Positions 39,258 through 51,284 of a DNA stretch of 64,000 bases are shown here, one piece after another. The first letter of the stretch is position 1. Every line of letters begins with the position of its first letter. The stretch is taken from positions 10,726,001 through 10,790,000 of the forward strand of contig NC_086373.1 in assembly GCF_036588685.1 (NCBI RefSeq). The letters are read 5' to 3'. The stretch comes from Mytilus trossulus. Taxonomy: Eukaryota. Both the position numbers and the translations under genes were made by a program. The notes under the pieces are model-generated. The model saw only the letters and a program-made list of their open reading frames with translations. It was not told where the DNA came from and ran no database searches.

Positions 39258-39498
39258 GTAAAGTCAGGAAAACATATTATCACAGGCACTATCAAACAAA
39301 TAAATATTGATATCCTATTTAATATGGAATCGCTGTAATGTTGAAACTAGATATTTATATCAGAAAAGACCCCTTGCTTTAAAGAAACATTGTGTCTTTT
39401 TTGTGAGATTTGACATGTAAAATAGTTTGCCATAATGATTTGAGATTTGATTTTTCCTGACATACATTGCCTATACTGCGAGATTTTATATTTTACAG

Positions 39499-39831
39499 GT
39501 TGCCTTTGAAGATATCTTAGGAGAACCAGACAGTGTACACAGTTTAAACTGTGTTTGGAAGTTCTCGTATATCTGTTTCAACTTCTGGCAAAGACTTTGC
39601 TACATCATCTTGACCACGTGTTGTGGTATATGTATTGCCGCTCAATGGGGATGTGAGTTTGGATACATAGCGTTCAGTCACGTGTGGTGTATTACTCCCA
39701 TGTTCAAAGTTATGGAGATCAACTGTGGTTGTCTACAGAGAATATATGGAGTCTGTGTCCACTGCTGCTTTGATCCGCTCTGTGAATCATTCGGACTTCT
39801 CTTTGGTAACTTTAGAAGACCATACCAGTAA
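39499..39831 (+). CDS. CAV: Caveolin gene 4, exon 2 (160 aa total)
   Basis: ttttacag acceptor; VAFEDILGEPDSVHSLNCVWK...DPLCESFGLLFGNFRRPYQ*. Confidence 0.96.
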   Translation, partial: VAFEDILGEPDSVHSLNCVWKFSYICFNFWQRLCYIILTTCCGICIAAQWGCEFGYIAFSHVWCITPMFKVMEINCGCLQRIYGVCVHCCFDPLCESFGLLFGNFRRPYQ

Positions 39832-41321
39832 CCGTTTGCAGAAAAATGGAAAAGATAAAAGTGAAACTTTTAAATTTATATTCATCATATTAATTCATTC
39901 GCAGTAGCACAAAACGGGGTATACACTAAATACTTTGTTCCTTTGGTAACAAAATTCATTGAAGTCCATATTAAACTATGGAATGGATATCTGTCAAACA
40001 ATGGAATAACAAAAATAATTCAGTGCTAAAAAATGTACGTAAGAACTGTTGTGTTTGTTTGACCATTCCTGTCTCATCGAGTTGAACATTTCAATGTTGT
40101 TGAAGATCGCAATTTGCCTGTTGTATTGAAATGCACCATTGATGTTTCAAGATGAAGTATTGTTTAATGGCATTTAGCCTTTATTATTATTATCTTATTT
40201 AAGAATACCCATCTACATAAAAATATTATGATGAAGTATGCCAACGCCGTACATCTAAAAATAGACTCATGTTTCACAGTGAGCAGGATACTTGTTGATC
40301 TATTTTTTTCTAAATATTATTTAGTTTCATTTTTACTGTCTTTTAGTTATTTTATTGCTTTAAATTTCATTTCAGAGTTAACTTTCTTTGTTTTTGTACA
40401 GCGATCGAAAATTTTGAATAGGTCTCGACGCAAAAAGCAATGAAAGTAAACTTAAACTTTAACTAAATATAAATAGAATGTAATGAAACTCTCTCAAAAT
40501 GTCGACTATGATGCGCCCTCGTTATCAACTAATAAGTCCATGACGAAGACAAGCAAATCTTAAGAATCAGGAAAACATACATGGTTCAGTAGGGAATATT
40601 TGAAATTGATTGAGAAGATAATTTGGAATTATCTTGTAATTTGGAATAATCATATAATTTGTGTTTATTTAATTGAAATATGAAACATACGTTTTTTGCT
40701 TATTATCAATTTTGTAATTCAGTTTCAAAATGAAATAAATCAATCATATAGTCTATGAGTTTGTCTTTCATATTCAATATATTCTTTCAAATGATTGAAG
40801 CCAGAACGGACCTGCCTTTGTCATCACTAAACATCATGATCATTTGCAAATGATGTAAAGCATCTAGACCCTCTCTGAAATCCCCCCAAAAATAATATAA
40901 ATCATCTAGACCCTCGGAGAAATTATTGCATTTTAAGATGACCTACTTGTATTTTGCTAAGTTTCCGTAAAAGAATAAAGTCCTGTACACAAGATTTGCC
41001 TTTATTACCCTTCGGAAATAGAAGTTTTATGTTTGTGTATTAAGACGGCTTTATCTTTTAGAAAAATAAATTGAAAGTATTTTTTATAATTTTTACAACG
41101 AACAAATGAATCATATCGGAAACAATATAACGCATATCCGAATTTCGTTGAATTATTTCATTATTTGTTTAGAGATCATAAAATGAATCGTAAATTCGAG
41201 AGAATGATATATCTTACAAAATTTATTGCATTTAGATTGTAATATATAAACCTGATTGTGCAAAACAAACACTCTTATGTTCATACGGATCTACATATTA
41301 GATACAACATAGCTACAGAAA

Positions 41322-41390
41322 ATGTCCGCCATAAGTTTGGAAAGTGAGAAAAATTTCCGTGATCCTCAAGACATCAACGAATTTGTGAAG
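41322..41390 (+). CDS. CAV: Caveolin gene 5, exon 1
   Basis: MSAISLESEKNFRDPQDINEFVK then GTATAT donor; RDPxxIN motif and the same phase-0 intron position as the paralogues. Confidence 0.88.
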
Positions 41391-41970
41391 GTATATTATA
41401 ATTTTTATAAGTATGGATAACACAGAAAAAAAATCTTCAGATGAATCAATACACATGTACATTTGTACAGTAAAATTACTGTAAAACAAAATCCTTTATA
41501 TAATCTCTCCGTTTTCCTTTTGTTTCGTTATTTAAAAAAACTCAAAATATGATTGGTTGATTTTTCAATGGCAAAGGTGCAGTAGCAAACATTTCACAAA
41601 CATCAAGGACGATAATGTTCATCAGTACTCGGAAGATTGTAAAATTGAGTTATTTATCAATTTTTCTTTTACTTTAAAGAGACAGATAAATGAAAATTCA
41701 AAATTTACCTCACAATACCAAGGAATATCTACAATGAACACAGTAGAGATTGGTGAAAGACACATTTATTTGTCTATACAGTACAAGTGCAAAATATGAA
41801 AAGAAGAATATATTAAAAAGAATGAAGTTTGCTTTCGGACGATTATCAACTCCCTTACTTTGATATAAGACAAAGACTGTCATGTGATATAAAAATGGAA
41901 GAACTATCTGTTGTATATCATTTAAGTTCTTAATATGGAACATACATTTGATATATTAATGGATGGATAA

Positions 41971-42910
41971 TATAAAAAAAGAAGATGTGGTATGATTGCC
42001 TTTGAGACAACTGCCCAGAAGAGACCAAAATGTAAATTCAAACGAGAAAACTAACGGCCTTATTTAAATATATATAAAAAAAAATGAACGAAAAACAAAT
42101 ATGTAACACATAAACAAACGACAACCACTGAATTACAGGCTCCTGACTTGGGACAGGCACATACATACATAATGTGGCGGGGTTAAACATGTTAGCGGGA
42201 CCCCAACCCTCCCCTAACCTGTGACAGTGGTATAACAGTAAAACATAAGAACGAACTACAAAAATACAAGTGGACGTGGCCAGGTTCTTGTACATCCTGA
42301 CAACAAAAAGACACTAGGAACAGACCTAAGAGTACTCGCAGTTATCTGACAGCTTATTCAAAGCCAATAACAACTAATAAAAAAATCATGCATATCTAAG
42401 ACTAAACTATCGATCAGTACACATTCAACATCCAATGGATTTAGTGTAAAGACGTCATAAACAGCCAGAGAAAAACATGTCCTTGTGCAATGCCAAGTTA
42501 CAGGTATCGACAGATTATAGATCAATGAATCAGTATACGTATATAACATACTAGTAATATTTAGTTTGCTTTTAATTGATTGATAACAAAACCAATACAT
42601 TTATACCAATAAAACAATATTCAATGATCTTATTACTGTGTTGAATTGGTAATTAGTTATCAAAAGTACCAGGATTATAATTTTATACGCCAGACGCGCG
42701 TTTCGTCTACATAAGACTTATCAGTGACGCTCAGATCAAAATAGTTAAAAAGCCAAACAAATACAAAGTTGAAGAGCATTGAGGACCCAAAATTCCAAAA
42801 AGTTGTGCCAAATACGGCTAAGGTAATCTACTCCTGGGGTAAGAAAATCCTTAGTTTTTCGAAAAATTCAAAGTTTTGTATACAGAAAATTTATAAAAAT
42901 TACCATATAA
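41971..42910 (-). mobile_element. Composite non-autonomous retroelement-like repeat carrying a hammerhead motif, in the caveolin gene 5 intron
   Basis: Family A terminus, plus segments homologous to 44040-44250 and to the 44893 and 51420 family. Confidence 0.7.
42687..42732 (-). ncRNA. Minimal type-I hammerhead ribozyme with one core mutation
   Basis: gcgtca-CTGATAA-gtc ttatgta gac-GAAA-cgcgc-GTC-tggcgt: stems I and II pair and stem III is palindromic; CUGANGA is changed to CUGAUAA. Confidence 0.75.
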
Positions 42911-43215
42911 TGGTAACCTTTTAAAATAAGTTTATTTAAAGGAGCGATAAGTTTACATGAATCATTTCTGAATTTCCGGGCACGGTTAACAACATTTCCA
43001 TAAAATAAGATGGTTTCACGATGGTTAGTATCAGTTCCATAGCTTTCAAACGTGCGACAAAGGAAACCAAGGGAATAATCAAACTAACAAGTCGAAAATA
43101 AACTGACAACGCTATATGGCTAATAAGAATGCAGAGTCTATTGACGAAATTTTAAATACGTGTACTTACCTAGTTGGTTTAATTACAGAACAAATATAAA
43201 TCATTTAAATTTTAG

Positions 43216-43554
43216 GTAAAGTTTGACGATGTGATAGCGGAACCAAATGACGTTGAGAGTCCTGACTGCGTTTGGAACACATCACACGAGTGCTTTACAT
43301 GCAGCAGAAATTGTTGTTATACAGCATTGAGTGGACTTTGTGGATGGTTGTTGTCTATTTGCTGGGGATTCAACTTTGCCATAATGACGTTCACACATGT
43401 ATGGTGTGGAACACCGTGCGCCAGGAACATTTCTATTAACTGTAATGCCATACAGAGGTGTTTTGGGCAGATGGTCACGTGTTGGCTGGCACCATTTTGT
43501 GAAACTTGCAGTATTGCCCTGAGCAGAATAGTGGTCACTCAGAAGTCGAACTAG
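43216..43554 (+). CDS. CAV: Caveolin gene 5, exon 2 (135 aa total)
   Basis: ttttag acceptor; VKFDDVIAEPNDVESPDCVW...APFCETCSIALSRIVVTQKSN*. Confidence 0.95.
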   Translation, partial: VKFDDVIAEPNDVESPDCVWNTSHECFTCSRNCCYTALSGLCGWLLSICWGFNFAIMTFTHVWCGTPCARNISINCNAIQRCFGQMVTCWLAPFCETCSIALSRIVVTQKSN

Positions 43555-44279
43555 AATCTGAATTGTTGATTTGTGAAAATTCAGTACTTCAATTGTATTT
43601 ATTTATTTTGAGACGTAATTATTTCATTTTCATTATTAGCTAAATCAGTTGCCAATTATATTTTATATACGCAACAGTCAATAATTTCGATTTTTCATGT
43701 ACATTCAAAATCTACTTTTTTTTAATTGCAATTATATGGACAAGGCACAACTAACGCGATTAATTTGTATTGGTGAAAAATATCCGAAATTTTACGGTGA
43801 TGTTGCTAACCGAGCCAGGAAACTTAGATACGATCCGGTAAACTTATCAATTCTTTTAAAAAACTTATTCTTTAAATAAACTTATTCTAAAAGGTTACCT
43901 ATTCCACACTGTAATGAAATCTTTGAATTTTGTTTTTTATTAGTATACATATTGTTTTTATTTGTATTAATATTGATTTTATTATCAGTAACCTAAAAGC
44001 AAACTAAATATTATTGTTATATACCTATGCAGATTCATGGATCTACAAACTGTCGATTTTTTCTCTGACTGTTTATAACGCCTGTACACTAAATTCATGT
44101 TGGATTTGTACTGATTGATAACCATCTTAGATGCAGGATTATTGTTTATTATTTGTTACTGACATTGAACTAGCGGTCAGTAACCATGAGTACTCTGTGC
44201 TTAGTGTCTTTTTGTTGTTGGGATGTACAAATACCCAGCCACGCCCACTCTGTTTTATAGATGTCACGTGGTTCTATTA

Positions 44280-44470
44280 GTATCCATCTGATGAGTTAAG
44301 CCTTCATCAATTGTTTTTTTTCATCAAATTTATGCTCAGACACTTGTAACATTTCACAAGATCTAAGTAGCAGTTGCAAGCTCTTGCATACCGAATAAGT
44401 TGGTAAATGTATATCTCATATAGAGGTGAAGTTGGTATATATAATAAGGTAGGGGAAGTTGATAATTTTA
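44280..44470 (-). mobile_element. Decayed Penelope-like RT C-terminal fragment
   Basis: IPTSPLYEIYIYQLIRYARAC..YLDL resembles NIPAAPAYGVYISQLIRYSRAC at 48.6 kb. Confidence 0.75.
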
Positions 44471-44892
44471 AAATTAAAATCATCTCATTAGTGATAGATT
44501 CTGGTACTGAGATGATCGCGTATGTCAAATTCGAGGTGTAAGTCCAAAATAAACAGATTAAGCTGTTTTTATTGTTTCCTTTATTTCTTGCTCAGTTAGA
44601 AGGATATATTAATGGAACCGAAGTTTGGGCTGTTAATTGAAAAAAACAACTTCAATATATCTGAATGTGAAATTAACTGATCCAGCTTCTTTGATCTTCT
44701 TGTTTTTGACAAAAGTGTACGAAGGAATTAACACCGACTAATAGGGCATTAAGAAGAGGTCGATAAGGAGAGACGCACGGTTGTTAAAGTCTACCTCCAA
44801 ATTCAACAAATAAGTTGTGCATAAGAAACTTCAGCATACTGATAATTTGTTCCACTTGTTATTTCTTTAAGACGAATTTTCAATTCCACATT

Positions 44893-45570
44893 GGGAACGC
44901 CGTATTTGGCACAACCTTTTTCAACTTTTGATCTTCAGTGCTGTACGAGTTTGTACTTTTATTCACTTTCGATCATCTATATCTGGGCGTCACTGGTGAG
45001 TCTTGTGTGGACGAGGCGCGCTTTTGGCGTATTGAATTTTAAACCTGATACTTTTTGTTGTCTGTTAATCATGTGTTTCTTTGTCTAATATGTTCTATTT
45101 ATTTGTATTGTAGTCCTGTAATATTATGTTGTCGTTTCGGTGTTGTATTTAACATTGCCATTAAAGTGCGAGGTTTGGCATGCCACAAAACCAGGTTCAA
45201 TCCACCATTTCCCCCTTCAAAAATGTCCTGTACCAAGTCAGGAAGATAGCCATTGTTATATTATTGTTCGTTTCTGTGTGTGTTACATTTTAACGTTGCG
45301 TCGTTTGTTTTCTCTTATTTTTGAGATATTAATATAAGACGTTGCACGGTACTTGTCTATCCCAAATTCATGTATTTGGTTTTGATGTTATATTTGTTAT
45401 TCTCGTGGGATGCTTGGTCCGTTACTGTGTGTGTTTCATTTCAGTGTTGTGTCGTTGTTCTCCTCTTATATTTAATGCGTTTCCCTCGGTTTTAGTTTGT
45501 TACCCCGATTTTGTTTTTTGTCCATGGACTTATGAGTTTTGAACAGCGGTATACTACTGTTGCCTTTATT
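44893..45570 (+). mobile_element. Interspersed repeat with a decayed hammerhead (about 44986-45030)
   Basis: Highly similar to 51920-52610; gcgtca-CTGGTGA-gtc..gac-GAGG-cgcgc. Confidence 0.8.
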
Positions 45571-46427
45571 GTTTACAGTAAATAGATATTCGTTGCTAAA
45601 ACATATTTCATGCTTTCTGCAATAAAGACTTCATTCATAAAAAAATATAAAGAGTTTTATGGAAATCCACGCTTCATTATTATTATTATTAATAGTACTT
45701 TTATCATTATTATTACTATGATTTATATTGATTAACCAAATATAATTCCTTCAGATTGATGACCCGTACACGACAGTGACAACAACTTAGTAGAGTAACA
45801 ATGAGTTTAATGCTGTAATGTATTGTCAATGAGCCTCGAGTTCATGACTGATCTAAGAACTGAAGCATACAAAGTGTGTGTCATTAAAGTAATTGTATTT
45901 AAATCCGTCACAAAGCCACAACAGACAAGACTTCAATACTCGTGCAATATGCTTTCCAATTAAATGCTTCCATGACATAATGATACTTAAGACCCTCGCT
46001 GGAAACGATCATTGGATCTGAATGGAGCATTTCCACTTGGGATTTTTTTTCAAATAAGAAGGTGAAAAATGGAGAAAAAAACATCATAAAATGAAGTGAT
46101 ACAAATGAAATGGCATTTTAGAAAAAGTTTAATAGACAATTTAAATTTGAATTAGAAGCCATATAAGTTAAAGTGGTGTTTTCTTCTCTATGAACGTATG
46201 CGCCGTCGCATAAAGTCGGTGATTATAAGATTACAATTTGCATTTGTATTCAGTTGACTAGTTTCACAGGAAAATCTTTAACTTGTTTGTTTCAATAAAT
46301 GAGTCTTCCTTCAGCTTAAGACTCAAGTCACAACAAAGCAATACAAATGACATTAGTTATGAAGAGTTTTCTGCTTTATACTGCAATTCCGTATGTTTGA
46401 GTATATCTGATCAAAGCTCCACTTTAT

Positions 46428-46723
46428 TTATGTTTGTGCCTGTCCCAATTCAGGAGCCTGTAATTCAGTAGTTGTCGTTTGTTTATGTGTTACATATTTG
46501 TTTTTCCTTCATTTTTTTTACATAAATAAGGCCGTTAGTTTTCTCGTTTGAATTGTTTTACATTGTCTTATCGGGGCCTTTTATAGCTGACTATGCGGTA
46601 TGGGCTTTGGTCATTGTTGAAGGCCGTACGGTGACCTATAGTTGTTAATGTCTGTGTCATTTTGGTCTCTTTTGTGGATAGTTGTCTCATTGGCAATCAT
46701 ACCACATCTTCTTTTTTTTTATA
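46428..46723 (+). repeat. Family A interspersed repeat
   Basis: Near-identical to 27187-27451. Confidence 0.93.
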
Positions 46724-47619
46724 TTAACACATATACAAGTATACAAATCCAGCAGAGTTCAAATGACATGAATTTAAAGTATAGATCGCTGTATGGCGAT
46801 GTGAAAAAAAAATTAAACTACATGTATATAGTCGGCTGTAAAAAGCTCCACGACATAACAAAAAAATGCAAGAAAACAAAACCTATAAAAAATATTTGCC
46901 TTGTTCATGTAGAAACAAAAAGCGAAAACATCTCTGACAGAAAGTTACAGACAAAAACCACTAAATTACAGGCTCTGTACAAATATAAATTGAAGTGAGG
47001 TTAAACATGTGTGTTAATGCTCTATACTCCCCTACTAACATTGGACAATTGAATAAAAGCAAAACCTACGCACATTGTAGAAAACAACCCAATCGGAAAT
47101 GGCACAAGTCATCAGATAGGCAAAACATAAAAAAGGTCAGAGTCAATGACACCTAATAAATAAAGTATGTTCTCTTAGACTAAAGTAACAACTATAACGC
47201 ACCCAACATATTGAGAGAGGACATCAATTGCTTCTAAGAAAAAAAAATGGTCTCGTGCAATATAGACAGGATTTAATAACATAAGTTTTCTTAATAAAAT
47301 TAATAAAATTAACAGTACCAAATGTATATCAATACAAAATAAGTTATGATTTAATCTATCAAAAACAAAATCAATATAAGTACCAATAAAAACAAGTCAC
47401 AGATCTAACAACCGGGTTGTATCCTTCGTGTTTTTTTTTCGGGTCAGTTCTGGTCCTATTTGATATATGAATTAACAAAAACATAAATATAGCTTGCGAT
47501 GTTTTATGAGTTTTGCACTATGGAAAAAGGTACTTTAACCTTTATATGCATTTGTAAACGTCTTTGTCATTTATTATCTGGTAGATGGTTGATGTTCACA
47601 AGGACGCCATTAAAACAAG

Positions 47620-47820
47620 AGTGCCAAGCGATGAAGTTGAAATACGAACGCCGTCACGATTTGGTTGACCATTAAAAATAATTTCTTTCACAGACTATGG
47701 CGGATATGTTTCTCATGTCGTAACTACAACCGAGTCCCCTTTCAAAGAACATGAACTACCGAAATGATCTTATTACCGTGTTTGTACTAACATTAGCAAC
47801 AGGATGGGTACCATATTTGG
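47620..47820 (+). mobile_element. Older Penelope-like 3' fragment
   Basis: gaagttgaaat...cgccgtcacgatttggttgacc...cggatatgtt...gtcgtaactacaa aligns with 48690-48895. Confidence 0.7.
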
Positions 47821-47930
47821 AGGGGCGCATTGCATTTGCGCCAATGTTTGAAAAATCCAATCTTTCATTTGCGCCACAAGGTTATATTTCATTTGCGCCA
47901 AAAATTAACTACTTCATTTGCGCCATTTTA
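47819..47930. mobile_element. DNA transposon end with catttgcgcca subterminal repeats
   Basis: Four copies of catttgcgcca within 100 bp; begins where the PLE fragment breaks off; partner end not found. Confidence 0.45.
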
Positions 47931-48135
47931 CAGGTAATACAGGTTATATATAACAGGAAAGAAATAATCATCGCTCTATCATGAATATTAAAATTTGTTT
48001 AGACAGTATTACTGAGAATACAATAATAGTAGTCTCAGAGTATTACCACTGGATAATTGATTCAGTTCCGTCATACTCATTTCTAAATACAAAACTGAAA
48101 CTCACTTAGGTTTAGATCTATATAGTGTTCACATC

Positions 48136-49099
48136 TTGATTGACAACATATTTGTTACGTTCGGAAGACGTGTTTTTCAACAGACTGTCGGCATCCCAAT
48201 GGGAACAAATTGTGCCCCTCTACTTGCTGACTTGTTTCTTTATTATTATGAGGCTGACTTCATGCAGGAACATCTTAGGAAGAAAGATAAGAAGTAAGCA
48301 ATATCCTTTAACTCTACTTTCCGCTATATAGATGACGTTCTTTCACTAAACAATTCAAAATTTGGTGACTGTGTGGATCGCAACTATCCCATCGAATTGG
48401 AGATAAAGGATACTACAGATACAGTTAAGTCGGCTTCATATATTGACTTACATCTAGAAATTGACAATGAGGGTCGGTTGAAGACAAAACTTTACGACAA
48501 AAGAGATGATTTCAGCTTTCCAATTGTGAACTTTCCATTTCTAAGTAGCAACATTCCAGCAGCACCTGCATACGGGGTATATATCTCCCAATTGATACGA
48601 TATTCCCGTGCTTGCATTTCCTATCATGATTTTCTTGATGGAGGGTTACTGCTCACAAGGAAGCTATTAAACCAAGAGTTCCAAATGGTGAAGTTGAAAT
48701 CATCCCTTCGTAAATTTTACGGACGCCATCACGAGTTGGTTGACCGTTATGGAATAACCGTTTCACAAATGATATCGGATATGTTCCTTACGTCGTAACT
48801 ACAATCCCCTTACCTTTCATGAATTTGACCTACCGAATTAGACTATTTACCGGATTTGTAATCACATAAGCAACACGACGGGTGCCGCATGTGGAGCAGG
48901 ATCTGCTTACCCTTCCGGAGCACCTGAGATCACCCCTAGTTTTTGGTGGGGTTAGTGTTGTTTATTCTTTAGTTTTCTATGTTGTGTCATGTGTACTATT
49001 GTTTTTCTGTTTGTTTTTTTCATTTTTAGCCATGGCGTTGTCGGTTTGTTTTAGATTTACGAGTTTGACTGTCCCTTTGGTATCTTTCGTCCCTCTTTT
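48136..49099 (+). mobile_element. 5'-truncated Penelope-like retroelement: RT core and thumb (48136-48798, one in-frame stop) plus 3' UTR
   Basis: LIDNIFVTFG...QTVGIPMGTNCAPLLADLFL...FRYIDDVLSLNN...LYDKRDDFSFPIVNFPFLSSNIP; TAA at 48295-48297; YIDD catalytic motif at 48325-48336. Confidence 0.92.
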
Positions 49100-51284
49100 A
49101 GATGTCCATTTGCCATGGCGGTCGAGTAACATTAAACTTTCTGGTCAAGCCAGGTATATTGAAATTCGGATGATTCAAAAACACATAATCCAATAATCCG
49201 TAGTCTTGTTGTCAAAGAAATATACAAGTCAATTCACTAATCTATCATTTATTAAAATTCCGTTCAGGAAACTATTCACATTATACACATTTTACAAAAT
49301 GCTTAGTTCAAATATTCATTGGCACAATACGTACTTTCACACATCACAAATGTATCTCATTACATTTCGCATCAAAATAAGCAACAGTGTCTAATACTGT
49401 GCACACCAAAGGAAAACGCCACATTCATAGTGTCCAAAACCACGCAACATTCTGAGCTTACCCCTTCCGGAGCACATGAGACTAGAATACCTCAGTTTTT
49501 GGTGGGGTTCGTGTTGCTTAGTTTTGAGTTTTCTATGTTGTGTGTTGTTTTACTTTAATCACTTACACTTACGCTACACTCAAACAAATGTGGAGGTCGG
49601 CCGACAACCAGCTTAGTGGTATATGTACTCTTTTTCACTTCTAGCTATGGCGGTGTTTATTGTGTCTTTGGTATCTCTGTTCTTTCTATTGTCTCCTTGG
49701 CAATCTTACCACACCTTATTTTTATAAGTCAATTATTCTATGTAACTTTACGTTCCAGTGGCTTTTGTGGAAATATGTTTGTTAGAGGTTTACATTTGTT
49801 TGTGTACTTTTGATTGATAATGTTAACGGGAATAGAAAACTTCAGATGGTCTTCTGGTTCTCCAGGAAACTAGAAATATGGTTAAATAACACAAAACTAG
49901 TGTTGTTTAAAGTTATAATAAAAAAACATTGGAAACCAAAATTCTTAAAAATCACGTAAAGTGTTGTATGCTTCAGTTAGATACAAACGGTCAATATAAT
50001 GCCATTTGAAGCAGGCTATCGATGTATCGTGTGACAACAAGACTTAATTATACATAAATAGCGACATTCGGTGCAGAATTCAGGTAATTTTCTGCCAAGA
50101 CCGATGGTGTACATTATGTCCGTGCCATTTTCCGTTTCTGTGAACGTAATTTGAAGTTTAATTCAAATATACAATTAATTAACACCTTCAGCACGCAATG
50201 GAAGACGGTTTTTATTTCTTAGACATTGTAATCTACAAACAATTACAACGCACTTCATTTGATACAATCAATCACTCTGGCATTGGGACCTTTTATTCTA
50301 CTGAGAACACAGAAAGTAATTAATGTTTTGTTGGTGATTTTATTTTCTGTTGATCATAAAAGAAAGAATGAATTGTTTGCCTAGGTTAACAGCACGTTGT
50401 CGTATTGCACGTCTGTGCAGCTTGACTTTCTACTCAACATTGTATCTCAGTGAAATGGTTGGTAATGTAAACAAACTCAAACAAACTTGATTTTATCAGT
50501 TATTTACAATTCACAAAACTTTAATTCAGCTGATTTTTTTTAAAGTTTGATAAATTACAAACCTCCCTATCCCTACAAAAAAATTGAAAACCATGCAAAA
50601 AGATTACAAAACTCCATTTACTATTCCGTTACACATTTGACTACTAGAAATTGATAAAAGAGTAAACTCTAGCAATGATTTTACTGATGAAATGGGAGTC
50701 CAAGGGATGACTGTTTTCTAAAACCCAAGTGTGTTATCAAAATAAATTTGTGCGCAGGTAAAGAAATGTTAGTTAAGTCATGTCTACATCAATCGGTTTC
50801 GTGAAAATCTTCGAGAAAGATTATAATACTCAGTCTAAAAAACAAATCAATGAGAAAAAACTTGAATTGGTGTTTTGAGCCCACATTTTGTACGTCGACA
50901 GCTGTCACAAGTTTTATCATGGACAAGAGCCCTGGTATAAATAGTGTCGGGGTTAAACACGTTTGTGAGTGCTGAATCCTCCCCTAACCTATGACAGTTG
51001 TGTGACTGGATCGTATTCACTTAATATTTACTATCTTTCAGTCAGGTAAAGTATTTTCTCTTACAGACTTCCAATAGTCGGAAGGTCGTCGTTGAGGACA
51101 AGAGGGGTATTGACAGGGGTACTTGATAAAGGGGCTTACTTCGGCGATAAACCCCTACAATGACTATAAACAGTACTAACTTGTATTTTGAACTGTTTTA
51201 TGCATTTTGTTTTAATGAATTATCAGTATTTAGTTCTAATATAATCTTAAAGCAATCCTAATTCTATCTCACTTTTGAGCGTTT

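Noticed and set aside
19536-43538. Overlapping ORFs at 19536, 24239, 33741, 34083, 34124, 39725 and 43317
   Set aside because: They are alternative-frame or antisense shadows of caveolin exons.
50593-50763. Sixth caveolin exon-1 remnant (DEMGV... ending CAG|GTAAAG)
   Set aside because: It has in-frame stops, no RDP motif, and no matching exon 2 downstream.
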